Source: an uncultured Gammaproteobacteria bacterium
GTDB lineage: Bacteria; Patescibacteriota; Patescibacteriia; Magasanikbacterales; GWA2-37-8
Assembly (NCBI GenBank): GCA_964540825.1
Contig: CAZINT010000001.1
Location: 142,735 to 206,734 of the forward strand
Reading direction: 5' to 3'
DNA: 64,000 nucleotides
The notes under the pieces: model-generated
Told to the model about the DNA's origin: nothing
The model's input: only the letters and a program-made list of their open reading frames with translations
The model's database searches: none
In this document: piece by piece, positions 53,446-64,000 of the stretch
Layout of the letters: each line of letters starts with the position of its first letter
How positions within the stretch are numbered: the stretch's first letter is position 1
Translations under genes and position numbers: made by a program

Positions 53446-53952
53446 TTATTCACGGTTTTTAATGCGGACAATACGATCAGTTTTGATTTTGGCTTCTTGC
53501 TCGAGGAAAAAGCGATTCACCCCAGGCAATAGTTTGAGCCACTCAAAAATAAGCTTAAAAATTTTTTTAGCTTTTATGTGGGTGGCGTTCATCAGGTCAC
53601 GTATTTTGACGGCAACTTCTTCGCCTTTAATTTTAAATTCTTGCTTGGCAACGGGTGAAAGGCGCTGGTAGGAGTCGCCAAGGCCTTCTTCAAGGACTTT
53701 TTCAATACTCAGGGTTATCTCATCGCGTTTGATCGGGATAACAACTTTTTTGGGTCGATGAAGGGTTGGAAAATGAAAACGTGCCTCGGCGGCAGGTTGC
53801 TCGCGGCTAGCTTTTTCGCTATTTTGCGGCTCTTCCGGAAGTGTTTCGCGGTTACTTTCCTGGTTGCCAACAGCACCCCCTTGTTCGTTTTGGGGAAGTG
53901 ATTTCGATTTTTCGAACCGAGAAGACGATGGTTGTAGTTCGTTGGCGCTCAT
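53446..53952 (-). CDS. hypothetical protein (likely co-transcribed with the ATPase)
   Basis: 168 aa with disordered Glu/Gln-rich N-terminus; 21-nt gap to the ATPase gene. Confidence 0.4.
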   Translation of the reverse strand: MSANELQPSSSRFEKSKSLPQNEQGGAVGNQESNRETLPEEPQNSEKASREQPAAEARFHFPTLHRPKKVVIPIKRDEITLSIEKVLEEGLGDSYQRLSPVAKQEFKIKGEEVAVKIRDLMNATHIKAKKIFKLIFEWLKLLPGVNRFFLEQEAKIKTDRIVRIKNRE

Positions 53953-54034
53953 AGTGCTCGTAGTATAGCATGTTTTTGACCGCTGGACAATGCATGTGGT
54001 GGAAGAAAAAATAAAAATGTGATATCATGTTTTT

Positions 54035-54961
54035 ATGAAATATTCTTCTGTTATTGAGCACAAAGGATTAGTCTGGATGAACGTTACCAGACAGTCTGAA
54101 AAAGAGCTTCAAGGGGTCCAAAAGAAGTTTGATTTGCAGGCGCAAGATGTTGAAGAATGTAAGCCCCATTTTCAACGCCCCAAACTGGTAAAACGTGACC
54201 ACTATTATTTTATCGTTCTCCATTTTCCGGTGTTCGATCGCAAAACCAGGCGTCTTGGGTTTACTGAGGTCGATTTTTTCCTCAGCCAGAACTATGTCGT
54301 AACCATTCACGATAATTCAATTGAATCGTTGGGTGCATTTTTGGAAATGTGTTCTAAAGAAGCTGGAAAGAAACACGTGTTTAAAGGTACGGCAGCACAT
54401 TTATTCCTGGAGATGCTGCGGCATATTTGCGATAGTATTTTCCCGAGTCTTCAGCATATTAATGAAGATATTAATGTTGTCGACGCTAACTTGTTTGCTC
54501 AAAAAATTCCCAACGAAAAGATGGCTAAAGAAGTTTTGCGGCTCAAAACAAATATTGTTAATTTCCGCCGGGCGATGCAAGGGCACCGAACAGTTTTGGA
54601 GCGCTTGGTTTTATATGGTGGTCGCGAATTAGATTTGTTTTCGTATCAGGCGGCGATTAATTCGCTGAAAGAAGAAATTAACGAAATTTGGCACATGCTG
54701 GATAATCAGAAAGATAGTATTAACGCGCTTCACGAAACGAATGAGTCGCTTATTAACTTGCGCACTAATGAAGTCATGCGCACGTTGACGGTTATTTCGG
54801 TGGTTACTTTCCCTTTGACGCTCATGGCGGCTTTGTTTGCCATTGCGGCACCAGATAACCCATTTGTGCATAATAAGAATGGCTTTTTGCTTATCGTTAC
54901 GGTTCTTTTGTGGGTAGCGGTATTTATGATTGTTTTCTTTAAGAAAAGGAAATGGATTTAG
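54035..54961 (+). CDS. CorA/MIT superfamily divalent cation transporter-like protein (GMN motif not conserved)
   Basis: Cytoplasmic domain plus two C-terminal TMs, as in CorA. The canonical YGMNF is replaced by ..AIAAPDNPF. Confidence 0.55.
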   Translation: MKYSSVIEHKGLVWMNVTRQSEKELQGVQKKFDLQAQDVEECKPHFQRPKLVKRDHYYFIVLHFPVFDRKTRRLGFTEVDFFLSQNYVVTIHDNSIESLGAFLEMCSKEAGKKHVFKGTAAHLFLEMLRHICDSIFPSLQHINEDINVVDANLFAQKIPNEKMAKEVLRLKTNIVNFRRAMQGHRTVLERLVLYGGRELDLFSYQAAINSLKEEINEIWHMLDNQKDSINALHETNESLINLRTNEVMRTLTVISVVTFPLTLMAALFAIAAPDNPFVHNKNGFLLIVTVLLWVAVFMIVFFKKRKWI

Positions 54962-54964
54962 AAT

Positions 54965-55008
54965 AAAAAAGAGCCTTTTGATTATCAAGAGGCTCTTTTT
55001 TATTTGTC
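54965..55008. terminator. bidirectional intrinsic terminator
   Basis: AAAAAAGAGCCTTTTGAT-tatc-AAGAGGCTCTTTTTTATTT. Confidence 0.6.
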
Positions 55009-55019
55009 ATTTTTTTATT

Positions 55020-55264
55020 AGCGTGTCATTCCTGCGCAGGCGGGAACCCAGGGTTCCAGGCGCATACCTAGCGCGTTACCTTTTTGGCAGCAAAAAGGTA
55101 ACCGAAAAACTGCCGAGCTGATGATCATTTCGCGGCCAGTTCGGACTCATCAATGCTCAACTGCCAATGTTCCTGCGCCGGAACCGTGGCAGTTGTCCTG
55201 CGGAACGCACTGATTCATCTCGAACTGCCTGGCTCAACGCTCAAGCGCTCGGAAGGCGAAGCGA
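55020..55264 (-). repeat. GC-rich noncoding element B, inverted partial copy of element A
   Basis: Core 55076-55264 (minus strand) aligns with 29939-30122 (plus). Hairpins at 55076-55102 and 55159-55194. Extra palindromes CCTGCGCAGG (55031-40) and GAACCCaGGGTTC (55044-56). Abuts the cysS stop codon. Confidence 0.55.
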
Positions 55265-55271
55265 GCGTTTG

Positions 55272-56687
55272 TTATTTTGACCGAACTTTAGTACCGTCTT
55301 TGGTATCTTCTACTTCGTAACCCAAACTTTCGATTTCTTGGCGGAGACGATCGCTTTCAGGCCAGTTTTTCGACGTCCGAGCCTCGTCACGTCGTTTGAT
55401 TAATTCTTGAATATTTTTTGGAACCGGTTGAGATTGAATATTTTCTAATTCTGCAACTGATTTTTCAATTTTTAAACCAAGGATCTTATCAAATTTATAA
55501 ATCGTTTCAGTTGTTAGTCTGGAAGCTTTTAGCTTTTCCCATAAATAAGCGATTGTACCAGGGGTATCAAGGTCGTTATTAATACAATTAAGAAATCCTT
55601 CTTCAGCTATTTTTTGCTCCTTGAGCATCACGTCTTCTTCATGAATATAATCATTTTTTTCTTCTAGTTTTTTTAATTTTTTAACCGATTCGTAAAGATG
55701 GTTTAATCCATTTTCAGCCGCCTTTAAAGCCTCCCATGAAAAACTCAGTTGCTTGCGGTAGTGTGCTTGGAGCAAAAAATACCGGTAGGCGAGGGGATTG
55801 ATACCTTTGTCTTTAATGGTTTGGAGGGTAATAAAATTCTCTCCCGATTTAGCCATCTTGTCATTGTCGATGAGCAAAAATTCACCATGCAGCCAATAGT
55901 TGGCGAGTGGCTTGCCTTCCGCGGCTTCGCTTTGGGCGATTTCGTTGGTATGGTGGACGGGAATGTGGTCGATACCGCCACAGTGGATATCGAAGGGTTG
56001 GCCGAGGTATTTGGTGGCCATGGCTGAGCATTCGATATGCCAGCCGGGGAAACCGATCCCCCAGGGGCTGTCCCATTCCATTTGACGCTTAGTATCGTAA
56101 TCGGAAAACTTCCAGAGGGCAAAATCGGTAGCATTCTTTTTTTCGCCAATGTCGACACGGGCACCGGCTTGGAGGTGTTTGAGATCAAGTTTGGCGAGCT
56201 TGCCGTAGTCGGAGAGTCGGCTGGTGTCAAAATAAATACCGTCAGGCGTGCGATAGGTAAAACCTTTGTGTTCAAGTTTTTGGATTACAGCGATTTGCTC
56301 AGGGATATGGTCGGTTGCTTTGCACCAGGTGGTCGGTTCAATGATATTGAGGGCTGCCAGGTCATCTTTAAAGGCGACGGTGTACGCGGCGGCGATGTCC
56401 CAAGCACTCTTGCCTTCACGGGCAGCGCCCTTTTCCATTTTGTCTATTCCGTCGTCAGCGTCGTCGGTGAGGTGTCCAACGTCGGTAATATTCATGACGT
56501 GATTAACCGTGAAGCCGTTGTACGTTAAAACACGTTTAAGGATGTCTTCAAAAACATAGGTGCGTAAGTTGCCAATGTGGGCATAGTTATAGACAGTCGG
56601 GCCGCAGGTATACAAACTAACCGCTTGTCGTACAAGCGGGTTAAATGGTTTTTTCTCTCGATCCATTGTGTTGTAGAGTTCAAGCAT
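55272..56687 (-). CDS. cysS: cysteine--tRNA ligase
   Basis: HIGH ([17 protein letters not shown]), KMSKS (KMAKSGENF) and zinc-binding Cys/His. Confidence 0.9.
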   Translation of the reverse strand: MLELYNTMDREKKPFNPLVRQAVSLYTCGPTVYNYAHIGNLRTYVFEDILKRVLTYNGFTVNHVMNITDVGHLTDDADDGIDKMEKGAAREGKSAWDIAAAYTVAFKDDLAALNIIEPTTWCKATDHIPEQIAVIQKLEHKGFTYRTPDGIYFDTSRLSDYGKLAKLDLKHLQAGARVDIGEKKNATDFALWKFSDYDTKRQMEWDSPWGIGFPGWHIECSAMATKYLGQPFDIHCGGIDHIPVHHTNEIAQSEAAEGKPLANYWLHGEFLLIDNDKMAKSGENFITLQTIKDKGINPLAYRYFLLQAHYRKQLSFSWEALKAAENGLNHLYESVKKLKKLEEKNDYIHEEDVMLKEQKIAEEGFLNCINNDLDTPGTIAYLWEKLKASRLTTETIYKFDKILGLKIEKSVAELENIQSQPVPKNIQELIKRRDEARTSKNWPESDRLRQEIESLGYEVEDTKDGTKVRSK

Positions 56688-56903
56688 ACCGGGTTAGGTC
56701 TAGAAATGAGGCTAGTATACCTCCTGAGTATACTCGATATTCCGGTTCTTGACAAAGTCATAAAGACCCTTGATTTATTTTCAGTTATCAACAGGTATTT
56801 GTGGTCAGGGAGCGTATTTTTTGCTATAGTATCATTACTTCTGGTCCCTTTTTCTCTTGCTCTTGGCGAAGAATTGGTAAACGACTGGTAAGTATTTCAA
56901 TCT

Positions 56904-58079
56904 ATGTTTTTTTCTAAACCGAAGTCTTTTTTGGGGATCGATTTTGGAGCTGGCGGCATCAAGCTCGTCGAGCTCAAACAAGAAAAAAACCGTCCGGTCT
57001 TGTTTACCTATGCTTTAGCGATCGAAGCGCAAGATATTCATCGGGTACTATCACAACGGTCCGAACAAACCCCTGTTGATTTATTAAAAGAAAAAACGCT
57101 TGAGAATCGTTCGCCGGAAATTAAGGTCGGTGCGCCTGGCAATCAGGAATCGCTCGCTGAAGTTGATACTGAAAAAATTAAGCGCTATGCTTCTTTGATA
57201 AAAGAAGTCTGTCGCCAAGCACGAACGGTCAGCACAACGGCGGTGGTTAGTTTGCCTGTTTCGGCTGTTTTTCACACGATCGTTAATTTGCCTATTGTTA
57301 AGAAAGAAGAAGTCGATGCTCTTTTAAAAGCCGAAGTCAAAAAACTTTTGCCCTATAAGTTAGAAGATACCGCGCTTGACTATGAGCTTTTACCGCATGC
57401 ACCGGACGCTAAAGTCCAAACTGTCTTGGTCAATGCTGTCCCCAAAAGCATGGTTTTATTTTTTTCAAAAGTGTTCCAGGAAGCCGGTCTTAAACTGCAT
57501 GCGCTTGAACCAGAATCAGTAGCGCTTGCGCGCTCGCTTATTGGGCGTGATACAGCACTTACCATGATTATCGATATTGGGGCTGAGCGCACTAATTTTT
57601 TTATCATTGATCAGTCTGTGCCTATTACGCATCACAGTATTGAACTTGGGGGAACAAAAATTAATAAAGGACTTGCAGTTATGCTTGGTGTTGACGAGCA
57701 ATTGATAGAACGTATCAAAGAGGATTTGTTTAATCATCTGCTGCGCCGCCCGGAGCAATCCGGTATCAGCTCCGAAAAATTTTTGGCAGTGTTCACTTCG
57801 GTCATAGATCCTATAATGAAAGAAATTGCCTTTAGTTTTAATTTATATTTACGTCAAACATGGAATGAGACCAAGCGTCCGGAAAAAATTATTTTAACGG
57901 GCGGGGCGGGGCTATTTCCTTTCTTAGCCGGGTTTATTAGCGATACCTTTAAAATAAAATGTTATGTTGGTGACCCTTGGGGGCGTGTCGTTTATCAAGA
58001 GGCATTAAAGCCGGTCTTGCATGATATGGGGCCTCGAATGGCGGTGGCTATTGGCCTTGCGCTCAAGAATCTGGTATAA
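56904..58079 (+). CDS. pilM: type IV pilus assembly protein PilM (actin-like ATPase fold)
   Basis: FLGIDFGAGGIKLVEL N-terminus and overall PilM/FtsA-like layout. Confidence 0.8.
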   Translation: MFFSKPKSFLGIDFGAGGIKLVELKQEKNRPVLFTYALAIEAQDIHRVLSQRSEQTPVDLLKEKTLENRSPEIKVGAPGNQESLAEVDTEKIKRYASLIKEVCRQARTVSTTAVVSLPVSAVFHTIVNLPIVKKEEVDALLKAEVKKLLPYKLEDTALDYELLPHAPDAKVQTVLVNAVPKSMVLFFSKVFQEAGLKLHALEPESVALARSLIGRDTALTMIIDIGAERTNFFIIDQSVPITHHSIELGGTKINKGLAVMLGVDEQLIERIKEDLFNHLLRRPEQSGISSEKFLAVFTSVIDPIMKEIAFSFNLYLRQTWNETKRPEKIILTGGAGLFPFLAGFISDTFKIKCYVGDPWGRVVYQEALKPVLHDMGPRMAVAIGLALKNLV

Positions 58080-58128
58080 CTAAATCAGGATTCTGTGGTA
58101 TACTTAAATCATTCTTAAACTTTAATGT

Positions 58129-58509
58129 ATGGAAAAGGGTAAAGCTCATATTTTGCTGGTAGAGGATGATGTTTTTCTGTCCAATATCTATCAGAAAAAA
58201 TTCGAAATGGAAGGTTTTAAAATCAGCACAGCGGATAATGGCGAAAAGGGTTTGGCAGACGCGAAGCGCAAAAAGCCAGATATTATCTTGCTGGACGTAC
58301 TCTTGCCTAAGCTCGACGGTTTTGCAGTTTTAGAAAAATTGAAAGAAGATCCGGCTACTAAAGAAATTCCGGTAATTCTTTTGACTAACCTTGGTCAAAA
58401 GGATGACGTTGAAAAAGGTTTGGAATCGGGCGCAGCAGATTATTTAATCAAGGCTCACTTTAAACCTTCTGAAGTTGTGGATAAGGTGAAAAAAATATTG
58501 CAGCGCTAG
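58129..58509 (+). CDS. stand-alone response regulator receiver (CheY/PilH-like)
   Basis: HILLVEDD..DIILLDVLLPKLDG..ILLT..K; 126 aa; lies inside the pilus cluster. Confidence 0.8.
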   Translation: MEKGKAHILLVEDDVFLSNIYQKKFEMEGFKISTADNGEKGLADAKRKKPDIILLDVLLPKLDGFAVLEKLKEDPATKEIPVILLTNLGQKDDVEKGLESGAADYLIKAHFKPSEVVDKVKKILQR

Positions 58510-58578
58510 GTGCCGCGTGCTATACTTCATTTTGAACGCTATGACTGATTTTATCTTTCCACGAAAGGGGGTGACTCT

Positions 58579-59001
58579 ATGAATAAGAAAGGTTTTACAT
58601 TAATCGAGTTGCTGGTTGTTATCGCGATCATCGGACTTTTGTCCACGCTCGCAGTTGTCGCCCTGGGATCTGCCAAGGTAAAAGCAAGAGATTCTAAACG
58701 TCTCTCAGACTTAAAACAACTTCAAACCGCTTTGGAACTCTTTTATACTGATCAAAATACGTATCCTACAGGTACGGCTGTAACGCTCGGTGCAGGCATG
58801 TACGCATGTCTTAACGCCTCTGGTTGGGCGGCTACTGGTTGTGCTAACCCCTACATGGGTGTTGTACCGTCAGACCCACATGGTGGTGCGTACGTATATA
58901 CCTATGGCACAAACACCTATTCCATTGCCAACACTTTAGAAGGCAGTGTTAATGGCCTGTCTGGCACTATCCATCTTACCCCATCTGGTATTGGACCGTA
59001 G
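58579..59001 (+). CDS. type IV pilin / pseudopilin
   Basis: Prepilin leader plus GFTLIELLVVIAIIG class III signal peptide. Confidence 0.8.
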   Translation: MNKKGFTLIELLVVIAIIGLLSTLAVVALGSAKVKARDSKRLSDLKQLQTALELFYTDQNTYPTGTAVTLGAGMYACLNASGWAATGCANPYMGVVPSDPHGGAYVYTYGTNTYSIANTLEGSVNGLSGTIHLTPSGIGP

Positions 59002-59018
59002 TTTTTCTAAAATACTTA

Positions 59019-59050
59019 AAAACTCTCTGCAGCAGCAGAGAGTTTTTATT
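59019..59050 (+). terminator. intrinsic terminator after pilin gene
   Basis: AAAACTCTCTGC-agcag-CAGAGAGTTTTT. Confidence 0.6.
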
Positions 59051-59120
59051 TGGTAATTTTTACTTAAAATGCTTGTGCAGGCTCGTTGCGCTTGCTATAC
59101 TACGTTTAAATTACTTGTAT

Positions 59121-61942
<2,822 letters not shown>

Positions 61943-61955
61943 TGGTGGTTTTTTA

Positions 61956-62420
61956 TCAGTAGAGAACTTTTAGGGTATGTGCCAAAGTAGTCACTTTATT
62001 TTTATCGGGGCCAGTTACCGAGATAAAGTATTCGGGACTTGAGACATTGGCTTGAAAGCGTCCATTAAGCTCAAGTATTTGAATGTCTCCCTGGTTAAAA
62101 ACCCATTTTTGATCTTTGATCGGCTGTATAAGTACTGCTACGAGGCCCGCAGCATCTCCCCAGGCGTTTAACTCGGGGGTGGTCACCGTTTGGGTTGTAA
62201 AGTAAAAGATAGGTAATTTAAAACGACCCCCAGCTTCAGGGACTGCCTGCACCATTGAAAAACCGGCTTCTTTGACCATGTCAGTCGAAACAGGGGCATA
62301 TGGAAAAAGCTCGTTTTTTGTAGTCGATGTCGAGGTGGGCGTTTGGCTGAATACCGCTGCAAATGGAACAGCGGTCAGAACAAGCGCGCCGAAGAGTGTC
62401 GTAAAGGTTTTTAAAGTCAT
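61956..62420 (-). CDS. hypothetical secreted protein
   Basis: Signal peptide MTLKTFTTLFGALVLTAVPFAAVFS; no recognisable domain. Confidence 0.45.
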   Translation of the reverse strand: MTLKTFTTLFGALVLTAVPFAAVFSQTPTSTSTTKNELFPYAPVSTDMVKEAGFSMVQAVPEAGGRFKLPIFYFTTQTVTTPELNAWGDAAGLVAVLIQPIKDQKWVFNQGDIQILELNGRFQANVSSPEYFISVTGPDKNKVTTLAHTLKVLY

Positions 62421-62502
62421 AAAAGTAGTATAGGTAGAAAATGAGCTTTTGTCGAGGCCTGCATATTGACGCAAGACGATTATTTTGCTAAACTAAGGGC
62501 CT

Positions 62503-63963
62503 ATGACACATGGAGATGTAATTATTCGTTTCGATAAAGTGACGTTTGGGTATAGCCACAATAAGCCGCTTCTTGAAGAAGCGAGTTTTTCGGTGCGCGA
62601 AAATGCCAAGATTACGATCATGGGACAGAACGGTGCGGGTAAAAGTACGATTTTTAAGATGATTACGCGCGATCTTAAACCAGAAGAGGGCTCAGTACAC
62701 ACAGGAATTGACGCGACCATTGCAATTGCAACCCAGGTGATGAAACCGGAAAATTTAGATAAAACAGTCGAAGAATTTTTTGCGCAGGTTTTTGATAAAA
62801 AAATGTATGATTTACCGAAGCGGATTAAGTCTGTTTTGGATGTTGTACATCTGACTGCGCCGCTTGATAAAAAAATTCGTCAGTTCAGCGGGGGTCAGCA
62901 GGCCCGTCTTCTTTTGGCCTATGCCCTCATTCAACAGCCGGATATTTTGCTTCTCGATGAGCCGACTAATAATCTGGACGCCGAAGGTATTGGTCACCTC
63001 ACCCAGTTTTTGATGGAGTATCCGAAGACCTGTTTAGTTATTTCGCACGATGCCAATTTTTTGAATTCTTTTACCCATGGCGTTTTGTATCTTGATTCGT
63101 ATACGCATAAAGTAGAGCAATACGTCGGTGACTACTACGAAGTATTGGGTGAAATTGAAGCGCAGATCGAACGTGAACGCATGAAAAATGCTCAGCTCAA
63201 AAAAAGCATTCAAGATCGTAAAGATAAAATTAACTTTTTCTCGCACAAAGGTGGTAAGATGCGCGCTTTGGCGAGTAAACTCCGTGACCAGGTAGAAGAA
63301 GCTGAAGAAGAAATGGTTGATGAGCGTCAGGAGGATAAAACAATTAATGAGTTTACCATCCCTGCACAGCTCGATATTGTCGGGCCGGTTGTTACGATCG
63401 AATCCGTTGGAATTATGGTCGGTCACGAACCGGTTCGTAAACAGCTGGCGACGCCCTTGGAAGTTCGTAAAAAACAACGCCTCATTATTAAAGGCCCAAA
63501 CGGTATTGGTAAAAGTACCTTTTTAGCAGCGCTAGCGAGCGGTGAAGAAGTGGGGGCAAAAATCGCTCCCGGCGCCCGTGTCGGGTATTACCGCCAGGAT
63601 TTTTCTGGACTTGATTTTGATAAAACAGCCTACCAGGCACTCGAAGAAATGATGGATCGTCCGTGGAATCAGGAAATTTACGCAACTGCGGCTCAGTTCT
63701 TATTGTCTGCCGATACGCTTAAAAATAAAGTAGGGTCGCTCAGTGAAGGTCAGAAAGGTTTGCTCTGCTATGCGCGCTTTGTCTTGCAGAAACCAGGGCT
63801 TTTGATCATGGACGAGCCAACCAATCATATTAATTTTCGTCATTTACCAATTATCGCCAAAGCACTGGATGCTTTTGAAGGCGCAGTCATCGTCGTCAGT
63901 CACGCGCCGGAGTTCGTGGAAGAAATGAAATTTGATCAGACGCTTGACTTAGGTAGTTTATAA
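62503..63963 (+). CDS. ABC-F family ATPase (two tandem ABC domains, no TMD)
   Basis: Two Walker A sites (GQNGAGKST, GPNGIGKST) and two signatures (LSGGQQARL, LSEGQKGLL), separated by a charged linker. Confidence 0.85.
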   Translation: MTHGDVIIRFDKVTFGYSHNKPLLEEASFSVRENAKITIMGQNGAGKSTIFKMITRDLKPEEGSVHTGIDATIAIATQVMKPENLDKTVEEFFAQVFDKKMYDLPKRIKSVLDVVHLTAPLDKKIRQFSGGQQARLLLAYALIQQPDILLLDEPTNNLDAEGIGHLTQFLMEYPKTCLVISHDANFLNSFTHGVLYLDSYTHKVEQYVGDYYEVLGEIEAQIERERMKNAQLKKSIQDRKDKINFFSHKGGKMRALASKLRDQVEEAEEEMVDERQEDKTINEFTIPAQLDIVGPVVTIESVGIMVGHEPVRKQLATPLEVRKKQRLIIKGPNGIGKSTFLAALASGEEVGAKIAPGARVGYYRQDFSGLDFDKTAYQALEEMMDRPWNQEIYATAAQFLLSADTLKNKVGSLSEGQKGLLCYARFVLQKPGLLIMDEPTNHINFRHLPIIAKALDAFEGAVIVVSHAPEFVEEMKFDQTLDLGSL

Positions 63964-64000
63964 GATACAAAATAAAAAACACAAAGTAGTTCATGCTTTG

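Noticed and set aside
56688-56903. Possible T-box leader upstream of cysS
   Set aside because: The region lacks the conserved T-box sequence (AGGGUGGNACCGCG) in the cysS orientation. It more likely holds divergent promoters for cysS and pilM.

Overview
The window is 64 kb of bacterial chromosome with a ~45% GC backbone and several short islands of ~57–62% GC. Gene content is dominated by housekeeping and envelope functions: frr, glyQS, tpiA, secA, secDF, dnaX, ligA, cysS, folD, umuDC, a zur-znuACB zinc operon, rpmG, cspA-like, a sortase with its substrate, type IV pilus genes and five tRNAs. Biosynthetic genes are nearly absent, which fits a small-genome, monoderm-like bacterium and possibly Patescibacteria/CPR (inference only). 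Every CDS call rests on motif recognition in the translated six-frame ORFs; no database search was possible. The observations most worth follow-up are: (1) a GC-rich noncoding element of ~400 nt at 29.7–30.15 kb whose 3' ~190 nt recurs, inverted, at 55.0–55.3 kb. The two copies differ by compensatory changes in two hairpins, so this is a candidate structured ncRNA family, and the pair also forms inverted repeats around a 25-kb segment. (2) SecD carries two parvulin-type PPIase domains inserted in its extracytoplasmic head. (3) A membrane-anchored TraD/HerA-like (DUF87-type) ATPase has a ~420-aa N-terminal domain with a standalone paralog 8 kb away. (4) A zur-znuACB locus has three GCAAC-N3-GTTGC operator-like palindromes and GC-rich His-rich secreted proteins. 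(5) Two GC-rich islets each encode a small tail-anchored membrane protein. (6) An HNH endonuclease ORF in an AT-rich islet ends inside tRNA-Trp. (7) A sortase and an LPVAG-type substrate sit next to a perfect palindrome.
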